From: a virus
IMG/VR virus record: IMGVR_UViG_3300013119_001061
Reading direction: 5' to 3' (one strand)
DNA: 64,000 nucleotides
The position numbers and the translations under genes are program-made. Positions 39,609 to 49,891 of the stretch are shown here, one piece after another (position 1 is the first letter of the stretch; every line of letters starts with the position of its first letter). The notes beneath the pieces are model-generated. The model saw only the letters and a list, made by a program, of their open reading frames with translations, was not told where the DNA came from and did no database searches.

Positions 39609-42600
39609 ATGGCTGAGCAAACTTTTAGATCCCCCGGGTTTTTTGAACAAGAAGTTGACTTAACACAACGAGTTCAATCTCCCTTGGGAACACCCGCAGG
39701 TATTATAGGCACTTCTGATAAAGGCCCAGCCTTTGTACCGGTATCTGTAGGGTCCTTCGCAGATTTTAAAACTAAATTTGGAGATCTTAATTCTAAGAAA
39801 TTTGGTCCTTATGCGGTAAATGAATTTTTAAAACACAGAGATGCAGTAACCTATGTAAGAGTTTTGGGTGCAGGAGCAAATGAAACAACTACAGATTTTA
39901 ATACAACTTCAACACAGGGTTCTGTTAAAAATGCAGGTTTTAAAATAACGCCCGTAACTTCAAATGCACAACATTCAGTAGGGGCTGTCCATTTTCTCGC
40001 TGCAAAACATTATGTTTCTGCATCAGAAGCTTATGGATATCCGGTCTTTACTCATAATGATTCATTTGGTGGAACAAAATTTGTTAATCTAGTTCGAGGC
40101 ATTATTTTTACAACAAATGATACTCGAGTTGGCGTTTTAAGTGCATCACTTTATGCATCTGCATTTAATGCAGGTGATCGATTAGCACTTGAGGGTGGAG
40201 ACAATATTGCTACACCGTATTCTGCAAGTAATGCTTCGGGAATGGGCGAAAAATTCAAGCTAATTATTTCCTCATCAGATACAGGTTTCGGAGGAGAAGC
40301 TCCTGATGCTGCTAATGGAATTCGTGTTTTAACCGCGTCTCTAAACCCAAGAGACAAAGATTACATTAGAAATATTCTTAACACGAATCCTGATAAGTTT
40401 TCACAAGAAAAACACTTGCTTTATGCAGCATTTGATGTTGAGCCAGAAATTGCTGCAATGGCAATCGCAGACAAGTCTGTTGTAATGATGTCAGGATCAT
40501 CGATTACTTCTCCAAATAATAATGGTGGAGAAAACTTCCTTACATCATTTGGTCGATTTGATACAAGATATACAACTCCAAGAACAACCAGCTTTATTTC
40601 ACAACCTTTTGGTCGAACAGAATATGATTTATTCTATTTTGAAACGCTAAGTGACGGCGCATATGGAACTGGAAAATACAAGATTTCTATAGCTAATGTC
40701 CGCGGATCTACAGATGAAAACAACCCGTACGGAACGTTTACAGTTCAAGTAAGAAGTTACGATGATAACGACAAGTCAAGAGAAGTTCTCGAAGAATTCC
40801 CAAATTGTGACTTAAATCCTAGCTCTGAAAACTTTATCGGAAGAATGATCGGCGATAAAAAAGTTACATTTAACTTTGACGCTGAACAAGAATCAGAAAG
40901 AAAAGTTATTGTTTCCGGAAAATATGCCAACAAATCCAACATTATAAGAGTTGTTCTTTTAGATGATTTGGTAAGCAAAAGCGCCCCAAAAGAATCTCTT
41001 CCATTTGGATTTAGAGGAATACCTACACTTAAAACTAGTAATAACTTAGCAGATTCACTTCCTGGAACATCTACATCGACTGCACTTAAATCAACACGAT
41101 CTAGGCTTGGAATTCATGCAGCACGCACGCTTCCATCTAGTTCACAAGGTGGAAACTTAACGGGATCAATTGTTCCGCCTGTCCCACTTAGATTTAAAGT
41201 AACAAATGGTGCAGTAAAATCAGGAACTGCTCCCTTTGTTGGATTCCCAGGAGATCAAGAAACAGTTGATAATCGATTCTACTGGGGCGTTAAGACGACA
41301 ATGATACCAGGTGATAGCTCAATTCAAGATTCCGGAATTTCAAATGCTGCATTAAAATCAAATGCTTCATCTGAGGTCAACAAGGGGTTGATTGATCAAA
41401 CTAAGTTTTTGGGCATTCAAAAAATGGATGTTCTTGCAACTGGTTCGCAAATAATACCTGCAAAGGCTGGCGACTTCAAGACATTCAATAACAATAAGTT
41501 TACTTTAGCAAGGGTTGCATTATCACGCCGAGCTGGCGGAACTGCCACAGGAACCTATAATGATACAGAGATTACAGGCGCAATTGGCCCGTTTATGAGA
41601 GAGGCAGTCTATATAAGAGACGGACTAGTAAATCCGTCATCTTATACAATAAATGATAGCCAAACTGAGGGCGCAAATAGAATTACCTTTGCAACGATGC
41701 TAAATCAAACTTCTTCGCTTACATTTAATAAGTTTACAGAGTATACAAAGTTTACAAACATATTTTATGGCGGATATGACGGTTTTAATATTTTAGATAA
41801 AAATGCTGCAAGAATGAATGACAAGTCTACATCTCTAGATACGTCTGGCGGAGCTAATATATCGTTTACATCACCGGGTATGTCATCTAATATGGCAGGA
41901 ACAGGTAAAGATAATAATGCAGTAAGATCATATCGTGCAGCAATTGATATCATGACAGATCCGTATGCAGTCAATACAAACATCTTAGCAATTCCAGGAA
42001 TTAGAGAGACATTTGTTACTGACCACGCGTTGGATAAAAACAAAGATTATGGAAAATCTATCTATCTAATGGATATGCCAGAGTACGATGGAGATGGAAA
42101 CAGGCTCTATGATGACTCTACTGGAAAACCAAGCGTCACAAAAACAATTTCAGAGTTTGAAAGAAGAACACTTGATAATAATGCCGCGGCCGCCTACTTT
42201 CCAAACGTAGTTATTAGCGATGATAAAACAGGAGCAAATATCGAGGTGCCAGCCTCAGTTGCAGCTATAGCAGCGCTAGCCTATAATGATAAAATAGCTT
42301 ATCCTTGGTTTGCTCCAGCTGGATTCAATAGAGGCGCTTTAGACTTTGTTCAAAATGTAGGGGTAAGACTAACAGCGGGCGACAGAGATTCGCTATATAG
42401 CGCAAGAATTAATCCAATTGCAACATTCCCACAGCAAGGGTATGTAATATTCGGACAAAAAACACTACAACAAGCCAAGTCGGCCCTTGATAGAGTCAAC
42501 GTAAGAAGAATGCTCCTTGAGGTTAAGAGAATTGTTTCGCAAGTAGCTAATGGATTCGTATTTGAACAAAATACGCCCGCGCTACGATCAAAATTTGTTG

Positions 42601-42803
42601 CTCAAGTTACACCTTTGCTGGCCGTTGTCCAAGCGCAAAGTGGAATTGAACAATTTAAGGTTGTCATGGACGACTCTAATAATAGCCAAGAGGATATCGA
42701 GGCTAACAAGCTAAATGGTCGAATTGTAATTGTTCCGACTAGAAGCATTGAATTCATATCAATTGATTTCATTGTCACAAATGCGGGCGTAAGCTTTGCA
42801 TAA
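39609..42803 (+). CDS. tail sheath protein 1 (gp18-like)
   Basis: SPGFFEQEVDL, GPAFVP, PWFAPAGFNRG, INPIATFP, FGQKTLQ, LDRVNVRRML, EFISIDF. Confidence 0.95.
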   Translation: MAEQTFRSPGFFEQEVDLTQRVQSPLGTPAGIIGTSDKGPAFVPVSVGSFADFKTKFGDLNSKKFGPYAVNEFLKHRDAVTYVRVLGAGANETTTDFNTTSTQGSVKNAGFKITPVTSNAQHSVGAVHFLAAKHYVSASEAYGYPVFTHNDSFGGTKFVNLVRGIIFTTNDTRVGVLSASLYASAFNAGDRLALEGGDNIATPYSASNASGMGEKFKLIISSSDTGFGGEAPDAANGIRVLTASLNPRDKDYIRNILNTNPDKFSQEKHLLYAAFDVEPEIAAMAIADKSVVMMSGSSITSPNNNGGENFLTSFGRFDTRYTTPRTTSFISQPFGRTEYDLFYFETLSDGAYGTGKYKISIANVRGSTDENNPYGTFTVQVRSYDDNDKSREVLEEFPNCDLNPSSENFIGRMIGDKKVTFNFDAEQESERKVIVSGKYANKSNIIRVVLLDDLVSKSAPKESLPFGFRGIPTLKTSNNLADSLPGTSTSTALKSTRSRLGIHAARTLPSSSQGGNLTGSIVPPVPLRFKVTNGAVKSGTAPFVGFPGDQETVDNRFYWGVKTTMIPGDSSIQDSGISNAALKSNASSEVNKGLIDQTKFLGIQKMDVLATGSQIIPAKAGDFKTFNNNKFTLARVALSRRAGGTATGTYNDTEITGAIGPFMREAVYIRDGLVNPSSYTINDSQTEGANRITFATMLNQTSSLTFNKFTEYTKFTNIFYGGYDGFNILDKNAARMNDKSTSLDTSGGANISFTSPGMSSNMAGTGKDNNAVRSYRAAIDIMTDPYAVNTNILAIPGIRETFVTDHALDKNKDYGKSIYLMDMPEYDGDGNRLYDDSTGKPSVTKTISEFERRTLDNNAAAAYFPNVVISDDKTGANIEVPASVAAIAALAYNDKIAYPWFAPAGFNRGALDFVQNVGVRLTAGDRDSLYSARINPIATFPQQGYVIFGQKTLQQAKSALDRVNVRRMLLEVKRIVSQVANGFVFEQNTPALRSKFVAQVTPLLAVVQAQSGIEQFKVVMDDSNNSQEDIEANKLNGRIVIVPTRSIEFISIDFIVTNAGVSFA

Positions 42804-42805
42804 GG

Positions 42806-42813
42806 TATATTTA
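42806..42813 (+). promoter_or_regulatory. putative late promoter (TATATTTA)
   Basis: Intergenic motif before sheath 2. Confidence 0.7.
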
Positions 42814-42839
42814 AGAATGATATCTTGGAGATTTAAGTA

Positions 42840-45800
42840 ATGGGTGAACGTACTTTTAAAAGCCCGGGAGTAAGAGCTTTTGAGATTGATAGATCAGGAC
42901 CAACTCCTTCTGGGCCTACCGGTGTTCCAGCAGGTGTTATAGGAACCTCACAAGAGGGGCCAGCTTTTGTCCCGGTTACAGTATCAAACTTTTCCGAATT
43001 TGAAACAAAGTTTGGTTTTATAGATGGATCACAATTTGGTCCGTTAGCTGCTCAAGAATGGCTTAAGAATGCAGGAGCTTTGACATATGTTAGGGTTCTT
43101 GGAGCAGGTGATGGAAAAAGAAGATCAACATCTGATGGAACTGTAACGCGAGCAGGATTTGTTGTCGGTGATCAACAACCTTTGGCAACACAATACCTCG
43201 GAGATAATCCGAGTGCCAACACAGGCGGCCCCGGAGGCCAGCTAGGTAGAACATATTTTCTAGGCTGTTATATGTCAGAATCTGCAGGGAGTACAATCTT
43301 GCAAGATTCAGGGATAGAAAGAGCGGCCGATACCGATACTGTTCGAGGAGCATCATCAATACTTCGAGGAGTTCTAATGGCCGCCTCGGGCGTTGCTCTA
43401 AGATTATCTTCCTCGAACGGCGTTGTTAATAGCACGACCCCCGCCTCGTCAGATGATTCTTCAACAGTCAGAGGATTTCTTACGGGTACTGTTAACTTTG
43501 TTAATACATCTCCAAAATTCACTATGCTTCTTCCGGGTCACAAAGGAAGTGATTATCCAAGAGTTCTAACTGCGTCTTTTGACCCTACAGATAAAGATTA
43601 TTTTGCTAATACATTCAATAAGGACCCGCAAAAGATTCAAGATCATGGCTACGTTCTCTATACGCACTACGATGTTTATCCTAGCTTTGCTGTAGTAACA
43701 GGATCAGGAATCACAGCTAAGGGTAGATCTATGATCAATAGCGCAGTTTCACCCGCAGGCCTCTATTCAGGAAGTGCAGATGTCGCATTCTTGCTCACGG
43801 GTGCCTTAGGAAGAGATGCAGGCGCAACAGCCACACCTAATTTTGAAAACTTTAGAGAAAGATTTAGAGCAGCAAGAACACCATTTATTGTATCACAAAA
43901 ATTTGGTGGATCTGCAAAAGATCTATTTAGAGTTCATATGCTTAGCGACGGAGTTCTTAAAGGAAAATCGTCAGATTCAGTAGGGTCTAATACAAAGTAT
44001 AAGCTTTCAATTGAAAACGTCGCTAAGTCATCAGATGCTTTGAATAAATACGGAACATTCGATCTTGTCCTTAGAGACTTCTATGATAATGATGAAAATG
44101 TATTTGTATATGAGTCGCATAGAGGTCTTACCTTAGATCCTACATCGACAAATTATATTGCAAGAAGAATCGGCGATTTAAACACGTATTACGACTTTGA
44201 TCAAGCAGCAGGATCGCAAAAACTTGTTGTAGAAGGAAAATATCCCAATGTTTCAAGTAGAATTCGAGTTGAAGTATCGTCCGATGTAGATGAAGACGAG
44301 ATAGATGATGAAGCACTTCCCGTTGGATTTAGAGGCTTAGATCACCTTCTAACCTCAGGTTCTAATGCATTAGCAGCACCACCCGATTCATCAGGTGGTG
44401 CACATCAAATTCAAAAAAATCCATCGCTTGTTCTAAAATCAGCTGTCCAACCCCCGGTGCCTTTAAGAGAAAATATTGCAATGGGTCTTGCTCCCAAGAA
44501 GATTCCAAACAAATCTCTTTATTGGGGTGTTCAATTTGAAAAGAAAATACTTTTAAATGAGCCAAATAAAAGCTCAGTTATTGATCCCACTATTGCCAGC
44601 TTTACAAAATTCTTTCCAGATTTTGCAGTTTCAAATCTTAATGTTATGACTGGATCAAATGCTGGAGAAGCAGATTCTAGTGGGTTTGTATTAGATTGTG
44701 ATAAGTTTAACAACAATGGCTTTACACTTGAAAATGTTAGAGTTGCAACTGGTTCGAACGGCTTAGCAACAACGGTAGATAGTTATCTTGTTAATAGCTG
44801 GTCCTACGTAAGAGATGGTGATATCTCAATTAGCGATGCAAATAAAACAAGAGCATTCAATGTGTCAGATACAGCAAGCCCAGCTGTTAGAAGACTTGCT
44901 AAATTCACAATGCCATTCCAGCAAGGATTTGATGGATCTAATATATTTGATAAAAATGCTGCAAGCCTATCTAATCTCTCTGCTAAGGGAGAAATGGATG
45001 ACTCTAATAGAGGATTAACAGCAGGAAATACTGTTGCGGCATTTAAAAAAGCGCTAGACGTTATGGGAGAAAAAGCAGATGTTAATATCCAGCTTCTAGC
45101 TCTTCCCGGAATGAGAGTTTCAACTATAACTGATGATGCAATTTCAACTGTTGAAAATAGATTTGATGCACTATACTTGATGGACATTGAAGAAAGAGAT
45201 ACAGTAAACTCTGTAGTTACATCTTCTATTCAAAACGTAAGTGTAACAAATACAGTTTCGTCATTTAATGATAGATCTTTAGACAGTTCATTTGCTGCAG
45301 CATACTTCCCAGACTTGAACGTAGATGTTCAGGTTAAAACACTAAATACAGCAACAAAAACAGTCGTTGCCAATACTGCGACTGTTCAAGTACCGCCTTC
45401 GGTTTCTGTTCTCGGAGCATTTGCATTTAATGATGCTGTAGCATTCCCGTGGTTTGCTCCTGCGGGCTTTGCAAGAGGCTCTATGGGTGCACAATCAATT
45501 GCAGTAAGATTGAATGAAGATAATATCGATGATCTAAACGACAAGAGCATTAATCCAATTATTAGCTTCCCAAATAGTCAAGGCCCGGTCATATTCGGAC
45601 AAAGAACATTGCAATCAGCAGCATCTGCTTTAGACCGCGTAAATGTTAGACGACTCTTGATTGACTTGAGAAGATCTGTAAAACAAGTCGCCCAACAATT
45701 AATTTTTGAACCAAACAGAGAATCAACATTGCAAAGATTTACTGCACTCGTCACTCCGATCATGAAGCGCGTCCAGCAAAATCAGGGCATCGATCGATTC

Positions 45801-45947
45801 CGTGTTATTATTGATTCTAGCACTACAACACAAGTAGATATCGAAAATAATACAGTTAGAGGCAAAATCTTTTTACAGCCTACACGAACAGCAGAGTTTA
45901 TTTCTCTAGATTTTGTTGTAACAAATTCAGGAGTAGAAGGACTTTGA
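42840..45947 (+). CDS. tail sheath protein 2 (gp18-like)
   Basis: SPGVRAFEID, GPAFVP, PWFAPAGFARG, FGQRTLQ, LDRVNVRRLL, FEPN, AEFISLDF. Confidence 0.95.
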   Translation: MGERTFKSPGVRAFEIDRSGPTPSGPTGVPAGVIGTSQEGPAFVPVTVSNFSEFETKFGFIDGSQFGPLAAQEWLKNAGALTYVRVLGAGDGKRRSTSDGTVTRAGFVVGDQQPLATQYLGDNPSANTGGPGGQLGRTYFLGCYMSESAGSTILQDSGIERAADTDTVRGASSILRGVLMAASGVALRLSSSNGVVNSTTPASSDDSSTVRGFLTGTVNFVNTSPKFTMLLPGHKGSDYPRVLTASFDPTDKDYFANTFNKDPQKIQDHGYVLYTHYDVYPSFAVVTGSGITAKGRSMINSAVSPAGLYSGSADVAFLLTGALGRDAGATATPNFENFRERFRAARTPFIVSQKFGGSAKDLFRVHMLSDGVLKGKSSDSVGSNTKYKLSIENVAKSSDALNKYGTFDLVLRDFYDNDENVFVYESHRGLTLDPTSTNYIARRIGDLNTYYDFDQAAGSQKLVVEGKYPNVSSRIRVEVSSDVDEDEIDDEALPVGFRGLDHLLTSGSNALAAPPDSSGGAHQIQKNPSLVLKSAVQPPVPLRENIAMGLAPKKIPNKSLYWGVQFEKKILLNEPNKSSVIDPTIASFTKFFPDFAVSNLNVMTGSNAGEADSSGFVLDCDKFNNNGFTLENVRVATGSNGLATTVDSYLVNSWSYVRDGDISISDANKTRAFNVSDTASPAVRRLAKFTMPFQQGFDGSNIFDKNAASLSNLSAKGEMDDSNRGLTAGNTVAAFKKALDVMGEKADVNIQLLALPGMRVSTITDDAISTVENRFDALYLMDIEERDTVNSVVTSSIQNVSVTNTVSSFNDRSLDSSFAAAYFPDLNVDVQVKTLNTATKTVVANTATVQVPPSVSVLGAFAFNDAVAFPWFAPAGFARGSMGAQSIAVRLNEDNIDDLNDKSINPIISFPNSQGPVIFGQRTLQSAASALDRVNVRRLLIDLRRSVKQVAQQLIFEPNRESTLQRFTALVTPIMKRVQQNQGIDRFRVIIDSSTTTQVDIENNTVRGKIFLQPTRTAEFISLDFVVTNSGVEGL

Positions 45948-45968
45948 TGGACGTTTTTGTCGCAACTC

Positions 45969-45976
45969 CATATTTA
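45969..45976 (+). promoter_or_regulatory. putative late promoter (CATATTTA)
   Basis: Intergenic motif before the tail tube gene. Confidence 0.7.
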
Positions 45977-46000
45977 ATAACGTCTGATTAGGAGATCGTA

Positions 46001-46489
46001 ATGGCTGAAACTCTTTCCGTTTCTGAAATGCTTCCAAATAAGTTTGAACCGAAACGCAATTTTCGGTGGGTTTTTTCTATTGAAGGTATTGATGCCTTCT
46101 TAATGAAAGAGGCTGCACGCCCACAAATACAAACTCCAGACAAGGCTATTCCATTTATTAATCACACGCGCTATGTTGCAGGACGAACAACCTTTAGCAC
46201 TCTTGGTGTAACACTTTATGATCCAATTGCACCATCGGGTGCACAACAAGTTATGGAGTGGATTCGCACGCATTTTGAATCAGTCTCAGGGCGATCTGGC
46301 TATGCTGACTTTTATAAACGTGATTGCCAAATTAAAATGCTAGATCCAATCGGAACTGTTGTAGAATTGTGGGACATTAAAGGTGCATTTATTACAGATG
46401 CTAACTATGGAACTCTAAGCTATGACAGTGATGATCCATCAAATATTACACTCACGCTAAGATTTGACAATTGCGTTCTTCAATACTGA
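46001..46489 (+). CDS. tail tube protein (gp19-like)
   Basis: FEPKRNFRW, TLYDPIAPSGAQQVMEW, GYADFYKRD, W.IKGAF, LRFD. Confidence 0.9.
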   Translation: MAETLSVSEMLPNKFEPKRNFRWVFSIEGIDAFLMKEAARPQIQTPDKAIPFINHTRYVAGRTTFSTLGVTLYDPIAPSGAQQVMEWIRTHFESVSGRSGYADFYKRDCQIKMLDPIGTVVELWDIKGAFITDANYGTLSYDSDDPSNITLTLRFDNCVLQY

Positions 46490-46566
46490 TCTTTCTTAAA
46501 TAATTTGTCAATTTAGAGTTTAACAGTTTTTGTGCCTGTAATACAATTACAGCGTAGGGAGACTTT

Positions 46567-47415
46567 ATGTCTAGAAATGAAATTTTTAATAAGGCTGGAG
46601 GCACACCGCCAGTTCCTTCAATGATGAAAGAAACACAGTCACAACTTTCTCAAGAATTGGGATTTGATATTCCGGTCGAGACTGTTCCTTTGCCTTCTCT
46701 TGGGAAGGTTTATCCTGAGAATCATCCACTTCATATGTCACAAACTGTTGATATCAGAGCAATGACAGCCAGGGAAGAAGATATCCTTACGTCAAGAGCA
46801 TTATTAAAAAACGGTAGTATGATTACACGCTTAATTGGATCTTGTCTGACTGATAAAAATATTGACCCGAATACACTTCTATCAGGTGATAGAAATGCAA
46901 TTTTAACTGCTATTAGAATTACCGGATATGGGTCTGACTATAATTCTAATATTACATGCCCATCTTGTGAAGTAGGACAAGTTCATATTTGCAATCTAAC
47001 AGACTTGCCAATCAAGTCACTTGATATTGACCCAATAGCACAAGGCCAGAATGAATTTGAAATGGTTTTGCCTATGACCGGTAAAAGAATAACTCTGAAG
47101 TTCACTACAGGCTATGATGAAAAAGAGTCACAAACAATAGAAGAAAGAAAAAAGAAGCAAGGTCTTGTGTCAGAATCTTCTGTTACAGATAACCTATTCA
47201 GGGCAATTCTTTCAATTGAAGGAAATTCTGATAGGACGTTTATCAACAAGTTTGTTCGTAATATGCCTGCAAAAGATTCTTTAGCAGCAAGATCATATAT
47301 AAAGCTTAATGAACCAACCGTAATGATGTCTTCACATTTTACATGCAAGAATTGCGCGCACGAGGAGGTGCTTCCCCTTCCAATAGGGGCTACCTTTCTT
47401 TGGCCTGAATCCTGA
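46567..47415 (+). CDS. baseplate hub/tail assembly chaperone (T4 gp26-like)
   Basis: LPSLGKVY, MTAREEDILT, GDRNAIL..IRITGYG, CPSC...CKNC, C-terminal FLWP; lies between tube and tape measure. Confidence 0.75.
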   Translation: MSRNEIFNKAGGTPPVPSMMKETQSQLSQELGFDIPVETVPLPSLGKVYPENHPLHMSQTVDIRAMTAREEDILTSRALLKNGSMITRLIGSCLTDKNIDPNTLLSGDRNAILTAIRITGYGSDYNSNITCPSCEVGQVHICNLTDLPIKSLDIDPIAQGQNEFEMVLPMTGKRITLKFTTGYDEKESQTIEERKKKQGLVSESSVTDNLFRAILSIEGNSDRTFINKFVRNMPAKDSLAARSYIKLNEPTVMMSSHFTCKNCAHEEVLPLPIGATFLWPES

Positions 47416-47617
47416 AGATAGAGAAATATTTCTTGAAAGTGCTTTTTTATTAATGCGCTATGGAGGATTCTCATATTCTGAGTGTTATAAACTGCCTGTG
47501 CAATATAGAACATGGTTTATCGACAGAATAGTAAAAGAAGTTAGTAAGGAAAAAAATGCTAATAGAAGCGCAAGAAATACTAGAAATAATTCTAATATGA
47601 CAAGAAGATTCACTTAG
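47387..47617 (+). CDS. gp51-like ORF missing from the track, probably the +1 frameshift extension of the gp26-like gene
   Basis: +1 frame open 47387-47617: FGLNPEDREIFLESAFLLMRYGGFSYSECYKLPVQYRTWFIDRI...; first ATG only at 47453 with no SD. Confidence 0.65.
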   Translation, partial: GLPFFGLNPEDREIFLESAFLLMRYGGFSYSECYKLPVQYRTWFIDRIVKEVSKEKNANRSARNTRNNSNMTRRFT

Positions 47618-47619
47618 CG

Positions 47620-47627
47620 CATATTTA
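47620..47627 (+). promoter_or_regulatory. putative late promoter (CATATTTA)
   Basis: Motif before the tape-measure-like gene. Confidence 0.65.
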
Positions 47628-47649
47628 GCCATAAGGATCTATAAAACTC

Positions 47650-49713
47650 ATGGCAGACTCTAAAAAACCCGAGCAGACTACCAAGTCAGTTGAAGAATTG
47701 ACTGCAGCCTTAGAGCGTTTGCAGTCTGTTTTAAGTAACTTTAATTCTGGAGCAACAGGCCTAACAGATCTTAAAAAATCTCTAGAAAAGCACCAGGAAC
47801 TAGTTGCGCAAGTTGCAGAATCACAAAACAAGTCAACACGTGCATTTTTAGAAAACAGTAAAAAACATAAAGCAGTTCAAATTGAAGCTTCTCGAGCTAT
47901 GAATCTTCATAATCAAACACTTCAAAGCAATAAAATATCTATAGACAAATATAACGACGCACTTAAGGCAGTAGGCATTACTATTGGTGCAAAATTACTT
48001 GCAAAAAAACTTCACTTAGAAAAGCTGGGAAATGCATTTAATAGTCTGGGCAAACCTTTGCTCGACATTGAGCAAAGATCAATAAAGACGTTTGGAACTA
48101 TTGAAACAGGCGCCGGCCGCCTAGCGTCTGAGGGCGGCAAGGCACTAAGATCATTTCTTTCTGAGCAAAATACAGGTCTAGCTGCTTCTAGCGCTTCTTT
48201 GCAAACTTTTTCATTCAGTATTGAAAAAGCAAGAGAACAAGCTGTTGAAGAGCTTGAAGGATTAACAAAGGCAGCAGGTGCTAATGCAGAAAGATTTGCA
48301 GCAGAACTCTCTGATCCAAAAGCTCTAATAGGAATAAGGGCAATGAGAGAAGCCCTTGGTCTTGCCACAGAAGATGTGGGCACTTATATAGACAGAGCAG
48401 CTGCCTTTGGAACATCTGTCTCAGCACAACTCGCATCAGCTGTAAGAGCAACTAAAAAATATGCTAAAGAAACAGGTGTTTCTTTTGGACAAGTTAAGAA
48501 AGGCCAGGATGTACTAAGAAAAAATACAAAATCATTTGCAACATTTTCAGAACAACAACTGGCAAGAGTAGCAGCCGCCTCTGCAAAAACAGGGGTCTCA
48601 TTAGCAACAATGGGAGGTGGCCTCATTGATAGCTTTGATAGTTTTGATCAAGCTGCTGAAAAAGCTGCAATGCTTGGGCAGTCATTTGGAATGAGCATCG
48701 ATGCCTTCGATCTATTTGCTGCAGAGTCTCCCGAAGAAAGATTGCAATTAATTCAAAAGTCAGCTGAACAAGCGGGTATTGATATTGCTAATATGGGCCG
48801 CCGGGAACTCAATTACTTGTCTGAGCTTACAGGTATGGGTGTTGAAGATACAATGAAAGCATTAGGTCAAGGAGGCTTAGAAGTAGCTGCTGAAGTATCA
48901 AGTATGTCAGGAGCTGAAGATTTACAAGCTTCTCTTGTAGCGGCTCAAGGAGAAAACTCTAGAACAGTCAAAGAATTGACAACTGCGATAAGGGCACACA
49001 TTCCTACATTTGTTGATTCTGGTGAAGATATTTTGGCAGGAAGCATTGATAGACTTATTAGAAATGCAACCGGTTTAAGGGGCGCCGCCGAAGAACAAGT
49101 AGGTGTTAGTGTCAGGGGCGCAATATCAGGAAAAGTACTTCCAGAATCTGGACAATCTCCGGGTGGCATCATGGGCCAAATTGCAAAAATTACATCAGAC
49201 CCCAAATGGGCTAAAGCACAACAAGAAATGATGACGGTATTTTTGCATGAGGGCGAAGCCGGCGCAACCAGACTATCAGAAGTTTTTGTAAAACATGCAG
49301 AAAAAATAACACAAACATCATCAACTTCGGCAGGAATAAAACAGCTAGCATCAGAAATAACAGAGTACGGCAAAGAAAAAATCCAAAAAATCAAAGATGC
49401 GGGAGGAAAAATCCTGCAATCAAACTTAGCAAAAAATGCTAAAAGAATGTTGCCAGGATCTGATCAGGGCGGCACAACCGAAAGATCAGAAATGCTTTCT
49501 GCTACTGCAGAGACAGAAACAAATGCGGCAATGAGAAAAGGTTTGGCTCCGTCTTCGTCAAGCGGCCCAATAAATCTTGTTGTCAATGTTTCTCTTCCTG
49601 TTGACGGCGATGCAATTGCAACTGCTGCATACAAAGGAAGTATTCGTCCTGATGTAACGGGTGAGCAGGCACTTCAAGCAGCCGCCGCCGGCGAAAACGT
49701 GGCAGATCAATAA
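47650..49713 (+). CDS. tape measure-like protein
   Basis: Ala/Gly/Ser-rich helical protein after the chaperone; C-terminal INLVVNVSLPVDG..IA. Confidence 0.7.
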   Translation: MADSKKPEQTTKSVEELTAALERLQSVLSNFNSGATGLTDLKKSLEKHQELVAQVAESQNKSTRAFLENSKKHKAVQIEASRAMNLHNQTLQSNKISIDKYNDALKAVGITIGAKLLAKKLHLEKLGNAFNSLGKPLLDIEQRSIKTFGTIETGAGRLASEGGKALRSFLSEQNTGLAASSASLQTFSFSIEKAREQAVEELEGLTKAAGANAERFAAELSDPKALIGIRAMREALGLATEDVGTYIDRAAAFGTSVSAQLASAVRATKKYAKETGVSFGQVKKGQDVLRKNTKSFATFSEQQLARVAAASAKTGVSLATMGGGLIDSFDSFDQAAEKAAMLGQSFGMSIDAFDLFAAESPEERLQLIQKSAEQAGIDIANMGRRELNYLSELTGMGVEDTMKALGQGGLEVAAEVSSMSGAEDLQASLVAAQGENSRTVKELTTAIRAHIPTFVDSGEDILAGSIDRLIRNATGLRGAAEEQVGVSVRGAISGKVLPESGQSPGGIMGQIAKITSDPKWAKAQQEMMTVFLHEGEAGATRLSEVFVKHAEKITQTSSTSAGIKQLASEITEYGKEKIQKIKDAGGKILQSNLAKNAKRMLPGSDQGGTTERSEMLSATAETETNAAMRKGLAPSSSSGPINLVVNVSLPVDGDAIATAAYKGSIRPDVTGEQALQAAAAGENVADQ

Positions 49714-49714
49714 A

Positions 49715-49891
49715 ATGAGTAAAAAAATACATAGTAATAATATAAGCACTCCTGCTATTAATAAAGTACTTGAGATTCTTCCTGAGGAAAGTCAAAATCG
49801 AGTTAGAGAAGAATTAAAAATTTATACAGATACTTTGGCAAAAGCATTAAAGGCAATCAAGATTCTTAGCGGAGACAAGAATGGCAAATGA
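49715..49891 (+). CDS. small hypothetical protein
   Basis: ATG right after the tape-measure stop; overlaps the next start. Confidence 0.45.
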   Translation: MSKKIHSNNISTPAINKVLEILPEESQNRVREELKIYTDTLAKALKAIKILSGDKNGK

